The notes beneath the pieces are model-generated. The model worked only from the letters and a program-made list of their open reading frames with translations, ran no database searches and was not told the origin of the DNA. 64,000 bases of DNA from a virus (lineage: Duplodnaviria; Heunggongvirae; Uroviricota; Caudoviricetes), in IMG/VR virus record IMGVR_UViG_3300028666_000028, positions 20,868-84,867 of that record. One strand, 5' to 3'. The translations under genes were made by a program, and so were the position numbers. Shown piece after piece: positions 36,939-44,823 of the stretch; positions within the stretch are counted from its first letter, which is position 1, and each line of letters starts with the position of its first letter.

Positions 36939-37099
36939 TGAAGAAATCAATGAAACTTGGAGGCGGTGGTCGTTTTCAAAAGTTAAAAGAACATCTAAGT
37001 GGTAAGGTAGATAATCCTGCCGCAGTAGCTGCTAGCATTGGTCGCAAGAAATATGGTGCAAAAAAGTTTAATGCTTTGTCACACCATAAGAAATATTAA
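36938..37099 (+). CDS. Small lysine-rich protein A (53 aa) of a tandem paralog family
   Basis: AGGAGGTAGACAATAATG ribosome binding site. Contains two (K/R)F.KL..H motifs (GRFQKLKEHL and KKFNALSHHKKY). Confidence 0.45.
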   Translation: MKKSMKLGGGGRFQKLKEHLSGKVDNPAAVAASIGRKKYGAKKFNALSHHKKY

Positions 37100-37101
37100 T
37101 T

Positions 37102-37320
37102 ATGAAAATGAAAGTACCATTAAGTAAATTTCACAAGTTAGCTAAGTTCATTAAAAATGATGCATCTTCTAAATATGTAGCTGAGAAACAATCTCCTCAA
37201 GCTCCTAATAAACCTTCTGTTCAACCAGATGAAGATGCTGAAGAAATTGTTAATAAACGTAATGCACTTAAAAATAAACAACCTGTAAGTGGAGTATCGT
37301 CTTTGTACGATAAACTATAA
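37102..37320 (+). CDS. Small lysine-rich protein B (72 aa)
   Basis: Contains SKFHKLAKFIKN. Tandem with A, C and D. Confidence 0.45.
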   Translation: MKMKVPLSKFHKLAKFIKNDASSKYVAEKQSPQAPNKPSVQPDEDAEEIVNKRNALKNKQPVSGVSSLYDKL

Positions 37321-37321
37321 T

Positions 37322-37498
37322 ATGCCATTAGATAAATCAGGTTCACAACAAGCATTTCAAAAGAATATTCGTACAGAAATTGCTTCTGGTAAACCTCAAA
37401 ATCAAGCAGTTGCTATAGCATATAGTGCACAAGGTGAAAAACGTCCTAAACAAAAGAAGTTCAAGAAACTAAGTGATCATTTAAAAGGAAGCTACTAA
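37322..37498 (+). CDS. Small lysine-rich protein C (58 aa)
   Basis: TAATATG-coupled start at 37322. C-terminus is KKFKKLSDHLKGSY. Confidence 0.45.
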   Translation: MPLDKSGSQQAFQKNIRTEIASGKPQNQAVAIAYSAQGEKRPKQKKFKKLSDHLKGSY

Positions 37499-37499
37499 T

Positions 37500-37700
37500 A
37501 TGAAAACAGGTAAACATGATAAACGATTTCACAAGCTAGTTAATCATATTGTTCAAAAAAATTCTCCTTCAATAACCAAGCCATTGACAGATAATGACGA
37601 TGATGAAATGGCTGTAGAAGAAGAAGCTAATGCAATTGACCAAGAAGGTAAACCAGCTAGACGTAAAGCTAAAGATATGGACCCTAATAAGAATCTATAA
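37500..37700 (+). CDS. Small basic/acidic bipartite protein D (66 aa)
   Basis: N-terminus KRFHKLVNHIVQKN, then an acidic middle (DNDDDEMAVEEEA). Confidence 0.45.
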   Translation: MKTGKHDKRFHKLVNHIVQKNSPSITKPLTDNDDDEMAVEEEANAIDQEGKPARRKAKDMDPNKNL

Positions 37701-37703
37701 TTT

Positions 37704-37880
37704 ATGGATGGTAACTTCCAAAATGGTCCTACTGGATCACCTAATCCTCAGCCTATAGATACATCTCATTGGATATTTGATCCATTTGGTGATGATAAGG
37801 AAGAAGATGATGAAGATATTAAAAAAACAGCTAGACAAAAGGCTCTAGATTCGATTACTAAAGGTTTTAATAAGAAATAG
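37704..37880 (+). CDS. Small protein E (58 aa)
   Basis: Below the 60-aa cutoff of the ORF track. Acidic core (DDKEEDDED) with a basic C-terminus. Confidence 0.3.
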   Translation: MDGNFQNGPTGSPNPQPIDTSHWIFDPFGDDKEEDDEDIKKTARQKALDSITKGFNKK

Positions 37881-37952
37881 GTAGCAAGATAGCTAAAAGA
37901 TAGAAAAACTCAGTATAGGTCAAATTTGAACGTTTAAAGAGGAAATACTAAT

Positions 37953-38651
37953 ATGTCAGAATATGATATGCAAGACGATGATCAAACTAAGATGGCAGCT
38001 AAAATGGCAGCCCTTAAAGCCTTACAAGCGTCAAAAGACCCAGCTGCCGCACAAATGGCAGCTCAAAAAGCTCCTGCAGCTGCCCCAGCAGCTCCAGCAG
38101 CGGCTAAACCTGCTCCAGAAGATAAGTCTAAAGCTACAGGTGCAGGTTCAGGGAGTGGAAACTCTCCAACTCATACTAATACAGAAACTGGTGGATCTAG
38201 CCCAGGTGGTGCGTCTACTGGTGGTGTAGGTAGTGGTCTTGGCGGAGCAGGAACTGGCGGAGCAGCAACAGGTGGTGCATCCACTGGTGGTGCTGGTACC
38301 GTAACTGTAACTATTTCTGGTAGTAGCAGTACTGAAACAAGCAGTGGTGCTGGATCAAAAAAGAGTGGTAAAGGCAAAGGTAGTGATCCTAAAGCCCCAA
38401 TTACTCTTAATATTAGCAATGTCGGTGGAAAAACTGACGCAGGTTCAACGACAAGTGGTGATGGACCTGGAGCTTCAGGTTCAGGTGGAACTGCTCCAAA
38501 TGGTTTTGGTGGCGGTGGTGGTGGAGCTGCTCCAGATGAACCAAATAATTATAGCACTGGTAAAGATAGTAAGTCAGCGCCTTCTGATATGAATCAAGCT
38601 AAACCAAAACCCAGATTTGGCAACCTTTTAAATCATATGAATAAGAGATAA
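37953..38651 (+). CDS. Ala/Pro/Gly/Ser/Thr-rich low-complexity protein (232 aa)
   Basis: AKAGGAAA ribosome binding site. Runs such as GGASTGGVGSGLGGAGTGGAATGGASTGGAGT. Lys/Arg-rich C-terminus. Confidence 0.45.
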   Translation: MSEYDMQDDDQTKMAAKMAALKALQASKDPAAAQMAAQKAPAAAPAAPAAAKPAPEDKSKATGAGSGSGNSPTHTNTETGGSSPGGASTGGVGSGLGGAGTGGAATGGASTGGAGTVTVTISGSSSTETSSGAGSKKSGKGKGSDPKAPITLNISNVGGKTDAGSTTSGDGPGASGSGGTAPNGFGGGGGGAAPDEPNNYSTGKDSKSAPSDMNQAKPKPRFGNLLNHMNKR

Positions 38652-38654
38652 TAT

Positions 38655-38975
38655 ATGCCACAAGATGACGCAGCAGACAGATTACAAGCTAAATTACAGG
38701 CACTTAGAAACTTAAAAGCTGCTAATTTTTATGATCAAAAGCTTGATAACCCTGAAAATCTTGATTTAAATACAGGTCAACCGCAACAAGCGATGCCTGC
38801 ACAAAGAACTCCTGAACAAGCTGCAATGGCTGGAAGTACTCCTCCTAGTCCATCTCCTCAAACTATGCAAGCTAATCCTCAGAATCTATTAGATGCTTTG
38901 AACCGTAAAAAGCAATTAGATGATCAATTAAATGCAGCTGGTCTACCAGGAATGCCTCAGAATAACGGTCAATAA
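38655..38975 (+). CDS. Gln/Pro-rich small protein (106 aa)
   Basis: TAATATATG-coupled start. Low complexity. Confidence 0.4.
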   Translation: MPQDDAADRLQAKLQALRNLKAANFYDQKLDNPENLDLNTGQPQQAMPAQRTPEQAAMAGSTPPSPSPQTMQANPQNLLDALNRKKQLDDQLNAAGLPGMPQNNGQ

Positions 38976-38976
38976 T

Positions 38977-39438
38977 ATGTCACGCCAGATCAATGACGCA
39001 GGATTAGCATTGATCAAAAATGCAGAGGGCTTCAGATCCAATGCATATCCAGATCCTGCAACTAAAGCTGAACCTTACACAATAGGTTACGGTAGCACTC
39101 ATTATCAAGACGGCACACTGGTTACAATGAAAGATAATCCAATTGATGAGCCAACAGCTTCTCAATTACTTAAAGATTTATTAAATGCTGAATTTTGTCC
39201 TAAAGTAGAAGCTCTTTTAACTGTAAACGTTAATGATAATCAATTTGCAGCTTTATGTTCATTATCATATAACATAGGTATAGGAAATTTCAAACAATCT
39301 ACAGTACTTAGATGTACTAATTTTAAGAACTGGCAAGATGCTGCTGATAGTTTTCTATTATGGAATAAAGCTAACGGCAAAGTAATGCCTGGCTTAGTTG
39401 CTCGTAGACAAGCTGAATCAAATTTATACAAGTCATAA
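38977..39438 (+). CDS. Endolysin, GH24 T4-lysozyme-like muramidase (153 aa)
   Basis: GLALIKNAEGFRSNAYPDPA...YTIGYGST is the classic phage lysozyme catalytic N-terminus (Glu in AEG, Asp, Thr). The true start is the TAATATG-coupled ATG at 38977, not 38932. Confidence 0.85.
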   Translation: MSRQINDAGLALIKNAEGFRSNAYPDPATKAEPYTIGYGSTHYQDGTLVTMKDNPIDEPTASQLLKDLLNAEFCPKVEALLTVNVNDNQFAALCSLSYNIGIGNFKQSTVLRCTNFKNWQDAADSFLLWNKANGKVMPGLVARRQAESNLYKS

Positions 39439-39439
39439 T

Positions 39440-39631
39440 ATGAATGAACTCTTTAAAAGAATAGATAATCATGGATATCAAGTACGTTTACTAGATGGTG
39501 AGTATACTTTAATGACTGATTACTGGCAAATGGATAATTTTCATTATTCATTAGTAGTTGAAGCAGTTAGACAATCTATTGAAGGTATAGATCAAGATGC
39601 TTGGTACTTCAGTTCCATAGAAGATGATTAA
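39440..39631 (+). CDS. Small protein (63 aa), member of the MNEL.K..GY.Y family
   Basis: MNELFKRIDNHGYQV...YWQMDNFHYS. TAATATG-coupled to the endolysin. It is the last gene of the plus arm and converges on its minus-strand paralog. Confidence 0.45.
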   Translation: MNELFKRIDNHGYQVRLLDGEYTLMTDYWQMDNFHYSLVVEAVRQSIEGIDQDAWYFSSIEDD

Positions 39632-39819
39632 CTTTTAGGAATTAAAGATAACATTGAACCTGAATTAATCATATCTTCTAGTTTATCCTCATACAGCTCT
39701 TTAAATAAACCATGTAAAGTATCATATCTTTGTGAATATTGCCATACGTGCGGTATACTAACACTAAATGTACTAGTTATACGATATTTATATCCAGCTT
39801 GTTTTAGTAGTTCATTCAT
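39628..39819 (-). CDS. Small protein (63 aa), MNEL family member
   Basis: MNELLKQAGYKYRI...VWQYSQRY. Its ATG lies 5 nt upstream of the preceding paralog's TGA (ATGAATGA junction). Confidence 0.45.
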   Translation of the reverse strand: MNELLKQAGYKYRITSTFSVSIPHVWQYSQRYDTLHGLFKELYEDKLEDMINSGSMLSLIPKS

Positions 39820-39991
39820 TGTAACCCGTTATGGTTAACATTCCAGATGAATCAACATTTAATTTATTATATGTAAATCCTTGATAAATAATATATGGGT
39901 TATATTTTGAATAATGCCACATGCTTGCTATTCTAACAGATTGATCAGAAGCATAATAATAATATCCTAATTTTCTAACTAATTCATTCAT
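39812..39991 (-). CDS. Small protein (59 aa), MNEL family member
   Basis: MNELVRKLGYYYYASDQSVRIASMWHYSKY. Its ATG overlaps the TAA of the upstream PQ-loop gene (TAATG). Below the ORF-track cutoff. Confidence 0.4.
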   Translation of the reverse strand: MNELVRKLGYYYYASDQSVRIASMWHYSKYNPYIIYQGFTYNKLNVDSSGMLTITGYNE

Positions 39992-40299
39992 TATTTCACC
40001 AAATGTAAAGCAGGTTTTTTATCTGACTTATTTCTTTTAACTTTTCTAGGTTTAACTTTATAATAACCTATAATTCCTAAGAAGATTAAATTTAAACCGT
40101 AATTCAAAATCATAGGAGCTTTACCCATTGGAAGTACATAAAGAAAGGTAAAGATTTCACCTATTACCCATAGTATATAAAACCCCCAGGTAAGTCCTTT
40201 AGAGTGGCCCTTTTTATAACTATCCCATACCTGTGGTAAAGCACATACTGCAAATGCTATACTACCTATCCAACCAATTATTTCTTGTATATTAATCAT
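39991..40299 (-). CDS. PQ-loop / SemiSWEET-like small membrane protein (102 aa, 3 predicted transmembrane segments)
   Basis: The first transmembrane segment carries the PQ-loop motif (IGWIGSIAFAVCALPQVW), followed by two more hydrophobic segments and a basic tail. This is the architecture of SemiSWEET / LAB_N-type 3-TM proteins. Confidence 0.55.
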   Translation of the reverse strand: MINIQEIIGWIGSIAFAVCALPQVWDSYKKGHSKGLTWGFYILWVIGEIFTFLYVLPMGKAPMILNYGLNLIFLGIIGYYKVKPRKVKRNKSDKKPALHLVK

Positions 40300-40300
40300 T

Positions 40301-40813
40301 TTAATCTAAATCAAATGTAACCTTAGTTAAATTAAGTACTTCCTTTTCATTTAAACCACTAGCTCTAGCATCCTCCATGAATTGTAGCATCTTTTTCTTA
40401 ATATATATGAAGTCTACTATTGCTTCTTCTGGTGATGTATACTCACTCATACTATTGGGTATAGCAATTCCACCTTCATTTTCATTATATTTATATCTGT
40501 TATTATACATATCTCTGTTACGAGCATTAGTTCCATCATAAATAGCTTTCTTAGTCTCTTTAAGATGTAAATTCTTACGCCAGTCCTTATTTAATGTATT
40601 ACCATAGTATTCATTATTAAACTGTGATAACCATTCTTTTTCGTCATCACCTAGCTTACTAATGTAATCTTGATCCATATACTGCTGAGCAGCTTTATTA
40701 AAAGTTAATCTTTCTAGTCCCCAAAGCTTCTTCTTTTTAGCTATCTTCTTTGGTCTTTGTGTTAGCTTTTCTTTTGAGGTGCGTTTCTTGCCTTTTCTTT
40801 TTTGCTTCATCAT
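40301..40813 (-). CDS. Basic hypothetical protein (170 aa)
   Basis: K/R-rich N-terminus. The start is uncertain because the ORF overlaps the upstream ORF by 77 nt in another frame. Confidence 0.4.
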   Translation of the reverse strand: MMKQKRKGKKRTSKEKLTQRPKKIAKKKKLWGLERLTFNKAAQQYMDQDYISKLGDDEKEWLSQFNNEYYGNTLNKDWRKNLHLKETKKAIYDGTNARNRDMYNNRYKYNENEGGIAIPNSMSEYTSPEEAIVDFIYIKKKMLQFMEDARASGLNEKEVLNLTKVTFDLD

Positions 40814-41234
40814 CTTCTTTCAAGTCTTTATTTATATAATAGTGTTTAGAGTTTCCTTCAGTTTTATACTTAAATTCAGCAATTAAGAATTTACCTAATT
40901 GCCCAATAGTAAGCACTGTGGTTCCGGTTATTCCTCTATCCTTACACCATTTGCAGTAATTATCATGCATTGTAGATGATTTAACAGCAAAAATTCCTTG
41001 GGTTATATCGTCCTCCTTAAGCCACATTCTGGCAGTTGTAAACTTATCGATCTTATTATCTAGAGATTTACCTCTCCAGGTCATCCCTTTACGAACAGTA
41101 TCAAACAATTCTCTTACTGTATACTTCTTAGTTATATCTTGTTTAGAAGTCATATAACTTAATTCCATGATACCATGTCTCATGTGTACAATGTTTATCA
41201 TTATAAAATGCAATACAAAGAAATCTACAATCAA
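40737..41234 (-). CDS. Hypothetical protein (about 150 aa, start uncertain)
   Basis: Long ORF. The likely start is an internal Met (MRHGIMELSYMTSKQD). The C-terminal Lys-rich tail overlaps the next ORF. Confidence 0.4.
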   Translation of the reverse strand: MIVDFFVLHFIMINIVHMRHGIMELSYMTSKQDITKKYTVRELFDTVRKGMTWRGKSLDNKIDKFTTARMWLKEDDITQGIFAVKSSTMHDNYCKWCKDRGITGTTVLTIGQLGKFLIAEFKYKTEGNSKHYYINKDLKEDDEAKKKRQETHLKRKANTKTKEDS

Positions 41235-41294
41235 ATACAGGATTAGTAGAATAATCTACTTTATATGTATAATTAAATGATTCTAATAATGTTT

Positions 41295-41777
41295 TCATTT
41301 CTTATTACGGTCTTTCTCAAATCCAATATCATATAATACTTCACCAAACTTAGCAAAGATTTGACTCATTAGTTTAAAATGTTCTTTGCCATGTTCCCAG
41401 CCTTCAGGTATACAGTGGGCCAGTTCGTGACTGAGAAAAAATAAACAGTCTTCTTGATTATCCATTTCTAAAGGTATGCGTTTTTCTTTAGGAAGATCAG
41501 TTCTAATAAAAATAAGGTGAGTTTTATTATTAGCTAATCTATGAGTAATAGCCTTATGGTGCTCATTAAATTGATGACTCCTATTCATATAGTAATCTAT
41601 CTTTTTAATTTTGCGCAAAGGAACTAGATCTTTAACTGACTCTAAATATGGCTGTAACCACTTTAAATCATCAGTTAAAATCTTACTAAGATTGGGCAGC
41701 AATGGCTTCTTGAGGTGTTTCAACTGCTTGGGTTTCTTGTACTGCTTCAGTTTTGGTTTCATTTTTAGTCTCTTCAC
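41295..41777 (-). CDS. Putative SprT-like Zn-metallopeptidase (HExxH) protein
   Basis: FFLSHELAHCIPEGWEHG contains HExxH plus a downstream E/H. The start is uncertain because the annotated ORF overlaps the upstream gene by about 90 nt. Confidence 0.45.
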   Translation of the reverse strand: MKRLKMKPKLKQYKKPKQLKHLKKPLLPNLSKILTDDLKWLQPYLESVKDLVPLRKIKKIDYYMNRSHQFNEHHKAITHRLANNKTHLIFIRTDLPKEKRIPLEMDNQEDCLFFLSHELAHCIPEGWEHGKEHFKLMSQIFAKFGEVLYDIGFEKDRNKK

Positions 41778-42270
41778 CTTTAAAGATTTTGAGAACAGTT
41801 ACAGTAACTTTACGCTTGATTTCAGCATTAGTTGGATCATCAAGAATAAGTTCTTTAGTTTCACCTAGTTTAGCTCCAAGAACAGCAATATCAATAGCTG
41901 GATTAATTTGATTACTTCCAACAACCATATATGCATCTTGCATTGGATTAGTAGGAGATTCTTGTCCTACAATTTCTTCTTTAACTTTAATTCGTATAAC
42001 ACTACCAGTGAGAACATCATTAGTTGATTCATTGAATCCTTGCATTTTTTCAACACGAAGCATCATACGTTCTTTAATAGAATCTTCTGTTTCTCCTAGT
42101 TTTTCTAGAACAACATCTTCTAGAGCTTCAAGTCTGACTTTCATAGTAGACAAAGTTTGTGTGAAATGTTTAGTATATTCAAGATGCTTTTGATCTTGAA
42201 GATCTGATAGATATTTCACTGCATCACTAAAATTCATTTGTTGTTTCTTTTTCTTTGATTTACTGCCCAT
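41686..42270 (-). CDS. Hypothetical protein (194 aa). Weak resemblance to a GreA/Rnk-like C-terminal domain
   Basis: N-terminal helical region. The C-terminal GS.I.....E.....Y.VVGSN..NP....I...GAKLGETKELILDDPTN....VTVLKI pattern is loosely GreA-like. Unverified. Confidence 0.3.
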   Translation of the reverse strand: MGSKSKKKKQQMNFSDAVKYLSDLQDQKHLEYTKHFTQTLSTMKVRLEALEDVVLEKLGETEDSIKERMMLRVEKMQGFNESTNDVLTGSVIRIKVKEEIVGQESPTNPMQDAYMVVGSNQINPAIDIAVLGAKLGETKELILDDPTNAEIKRKVTVTVLKIFKGEETKNETKTEAVQETQAVETPQEAIAAQS

Positions 42271-42460
42271 TATTTTGCTCCAGTTGTTTAGTTAAATGAT
42301 CGAATTTCCATATTAAAAGATATGAATTTGCTATTAAAAATAAAAAGTCTAAAATTGCAAAGCCAGCCGCACCAGTTAGCACTGATAATACTAAAGACAT
42401 TGAACATAACATAATCGCTAACAGATTAAGTAAATGTGAATTTTTCAAAATAAAGTTCAT
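42260..42460 (-). CDS. Small hydrophobic membrane protein (66 aa, 2 transmembrane segments)
   Basis: LLNLLAIMLCSMSLVLSVLTGAAGFAILDFLFLIANSYLLIW. Confidence 0.4.
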   Translation of the reverse strand: MNFILKNSHLLNLLAIMLCSMSLVLSVLTGAAGFAILDFLFLIANSYLLIWKFDHLTKQLEQNNGQ

Positions 42461-42484
42461 TATTTAATTATATCTTATTTTGAA

Positions 42485-43144
42485 TTAAATGTCAAGAATA
42501 ATTGGCTTATTCTTAAACTCATAGTTATCATTTAAGATTGCAGCATTAACGTGTTTAATACCGTTAACTTCTAATTGACCTGCTGAATGATGAATATGCC
42601 CAAATATCAAATACTTAGGTTTAATTCTTTCTAATTCATTGAGTAAATCTTCACAGCCAACTCTCCCGCCATGTGCACATAAATCTAGTATACCTGCTGC
42701 AGGACCATGAGTTAATAAGATATCAATATCATTAGGGATTATACTTAGTGTAGACTTCATCATAGGACTTCCTCTATCCGCCATATGATACCAATTATAA
42801 AATGAAGGTGTAGTACTTCTTCCCCAGATTTTTAATCCTTCTACTTCTACCATGGAATGATCTAGATAAGTCACATCTGGATGAGTAGCCAGTATAGATT
42901 TAAACAATGCAGGATATTCCTGAGATAAACCATCATGATTACCATCTATAAAGATCTTATGTTTAGCTGGCTGTTTAGAGAACCAGTCTAGGAAGTTTTC
43001 TACTTCGTGTATTCTGCCAATACTAGAATAGTCTCCAGAATGTAAAAGTATATCACAGGGTTCTATAGTTAACTTTTTGTGTTTGGTATGAGTATCACTA
43101 ATGCAAATTACTTTTGGCATTTGGGATCTCTCTTTTCCCCGCAA
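42485..43144 (-). CDS. Calcineurin-like metallophosphoesterase (Ser/Thr phosphatase-like)
   Basis: Ordered metallophosphoesterase motifs: ISDTH, GDYSS (GD), GNHD, LLTHGP and GHIHH. Confidence 0.75.
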   Translation of the reverse strand: MRGKERSQMPKVICISDTHTKHKKLTIEPCDILLHSGDYSSIGRIHEVENFLDWFSKQPAKHKIFIDGNHDGLSQEYPALFKSILATHPDVTYLDHSMVEVEGLKIWGRSTTPSFYNWYHMADRGSPMMKSTLSIIPNDIDILLTHGPAAGILDLCAHGGRVGCEDLLNELERIKPKYLIFGHIHHSAGQLEVNGIKHVNAAILNDNYEFKNKPIILDI

Positions 43145-43308
43145 AGTTTACAATACTGATCCACTTCATTTAGGCCAGTATAAGTTAGCCATTGATGCCA
43201 GCAACTAGTATCATTAAAGATCTTTTCAGCAGCTTGTTTAGTTAGTTCCATCTTCTTAGTAACTTCATCATCTTCCCAGTCAAATGGATTATAAAAGTAA
43301 AAGTTCAT
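43108..43308 (-). CDS. Small Cys-rich protein (66 aa), possible zinc-binding
   Basis: CWHQW...CKLCGEKRDPKC. Confidence 0.35.
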   Translation of the reverse strand: MNFYFYNPFDWEDDEVTKKMELTKQAAEKIFNDTSCWHQWLTYTGLNEVDQYCKLCGEKRDPKCQK

Positions 43309-43790
43309 AGAACACCCTTTTTCTTAGCCTTCTTAATCCACATGTCTTGTTTTACTTTACTAACTGTATCAAATATAAGAGTTCCATTCATATGATTTAA
43401 TTCGTGTTGAAGACATTGGGATTCTATGCCCGTAAATACAGCAGTCTTTTCTGCCCAGTTTTCATCTTTAAATTTAACAGTAACTTCTTCAAATCTATCA
43501 ATAGACTCAAAAAAGAAAGGCAGACTTAAACAACCTTCTCTCATAGAAGTTAAATCTAATCCTTCTACTAATTCAGGGTTGATAAGAAGATTGTTTTTTC
43601 CGGCATGATCTTTAACAATACAAAATCTTTTTGAAATACCTACTTGTACAGCAGCTAATCCAGCCGCTTTTAAACCATCTACTATTTGTGTCATTCTAGG
43701 TAAAGATTCTTTAATCAAAGGTAAATCAGCTTCTGTACATTCTTCAGACTTCTGATTAAGAATAGGATTTGGATATCTAATCAAGTTCAT
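43305..43790 (-). CDS. def: Peptide deformylase
   Basis: All three PDF motifs are present: GLAAVQVG (GxGxAAxQ), EGCLSLP (EGCLS) and QHELNHMNG (HExxH). Confidence 0.8.
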   Translation of the reverse strand: MNLIRYPNPILNQKSEECTEADLPLIKESLPRMTQIVDGLKAAGLAAVQVGISKRFCIVKDHAGKNNLLINPELVEGLDLTSMREGCLSLPFFFESIDRFEEVTVKFKDENWAEKTAVFTGIESQCLQHELNHMNGTLIFDTVSKVKQDMWIKKAKKKGVL

Positions 43791-43792
43791 AA

Positions 43793-44215
43793 TTACTCCT
43801 TAATAGCTATTAGATTATGAAGTGATCCATCTTTTTTAACTCTTACCCATTTACCCATCCATTCATCACATGGAAGATCATCTACATATTTTGTAGGTTT
43901 AGACATAATAACATCTACATATTGTTCTAATTTTAACGTTTCAATAACAGTTTTAGCCCAAACATCCCCACCTGCTGACCATACTACAATACTTCCACCT
44001 GTTAGAGCATTTTGTTTTAAATTCTCTATAACTTCATCATTTGGTTGTAGCCAAACATATTGTAGATTATAACCTGTTCCGCCTGTATCAAACTTAACCA
44101 GTTTATCTTTAAGTTCTTCCTTTTCATTTTCATCCCAAATCCATCTAACAAGAGTATCATCGCAATCATAACATGTTACTACATTATTAAGAACTTTAGG
44201 TTTCTTTTTTTTCAT
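43793..44215 (-). CDS. HAD-superfamily hydrolase-like protein (140 aa)
   Basis: Motif I is VVTCYDCDDTLV (DxDxT), motif II is VVWSAGG, and motif III/IV is K...YVDD. Confidence 0.5.
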   Translation of the reverse strand: MKKKKPKVLNNVVTCYDCDDTLVRWIWDENEKEELKDKLVKFDTGGTGYNLQYVWLQPNDEVIENLKQNALTGGSIVVWSAGGDVWAKTVIETLKLEQYVDVIMSKPTKYVDDLPCDEWMGKWVRVKKDGSLHNLIAIKE

Positions 44216-44490
44216 CTTAACTGCTCTACTCCATTCTTTTGTTTATCTGGATCATCTCTCATCCATTGTTTTAATTCAACATCACCTAAATGACGTTCTT
44301 TATGAATAAGACAATTACTATAACTTGTGATAAGTCTATGTTCTTCTTTATCCAGTACATATCCTGATTCACTACATTCTTCGCCCATTAGATTATTCAA
44401 TTGGCTATTATCTTCTTTAAGAAATATAGTAGTAGTTGGCCGCATTTCTGCGCAACCTGTTATAAATAACAATATAAACAAGTATTTCAC
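44212..44490 (-). CDS. Putative lipoprotein (92 aa)
   Basis: Signal peptide with a lipobox: MKYLFILLFITGCAE (L-F-I-T-G-C). Confidence 0.5.
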   Translation of the reverse strand: MKYLFILLFITGCAEMRPTTTIFLKEDNSQLNNLMGEECSESGYVLDKEEHRLITSYSNCLIHKERHLGDVELKQWMRDDPDKQKNGVEQLR

Positions 44491-44669
44491 TTCTTACTCT
44501 TTTCTATTGATATCAAAATACTTTCGTGGTCTGATACTACTTTCACTATATTATATGCATTATTTCTAACAAATATGTTTAATCCACAAAATAGACTTTT
44601 GGGATCTTGTTCATCAAGTTTAAAATATTCATTTGCTAACAATGTTATTTCTTTTTTATCTTCTGACAT
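44487..44669 (-). CDS. Hypothetical protein (60 aa)
   Basis: ORF only. Confidence 0.3.
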   Translation of the reverse strand: MSEDKKEITLLANEYFKLDEQDPKSLFCGLNIFVRNNAYNIVKVVSDHESILISIEKSKK

Positions 44670-44823
44670 AAATATTAAATTCTCTTTTTTTTATATATTG
44701 AGGATAAGATATCCAGAAAATTGGCATTGAATACATATCATCCCAAAGGCCAATTCCTATATTATCAATATCTTTTCCATATGATCCTTTAACAAAACCT
44801 AAACTTTCAATAAGTTTATTCAT
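44656..44823 (-). CDS. Small protein (55 aa), MNEL/MNKL family member
   Basis: MNKLIESLGFVKGSYGKDIDNIGIGLWDDMYSMP shares N.L...LG(Y/F), W and YS with the MNEL family. Below the ORF-track cutoff. Coupled to flanking genes through ATGA/TAA overlaps. Confidence 0.35.
   Translation of the reverse strand: MNKLIESLGFVKGSYGKDIDNIGIGLWDDMYSMPIFWISYPQYIKKREFNIYVRR

Noticed and set aside
39991-40299. PQ-loop protein as lipid A disaccharide synthase (LpxB) N-terminal fragment or pseudogene.
   Set aside because: It is a complete small ORF with its own coupled start/stop signals and a basic tail. There is no adjacent glycosyltransferase remnant. A stand-alone 3-TM protein is more plausible.
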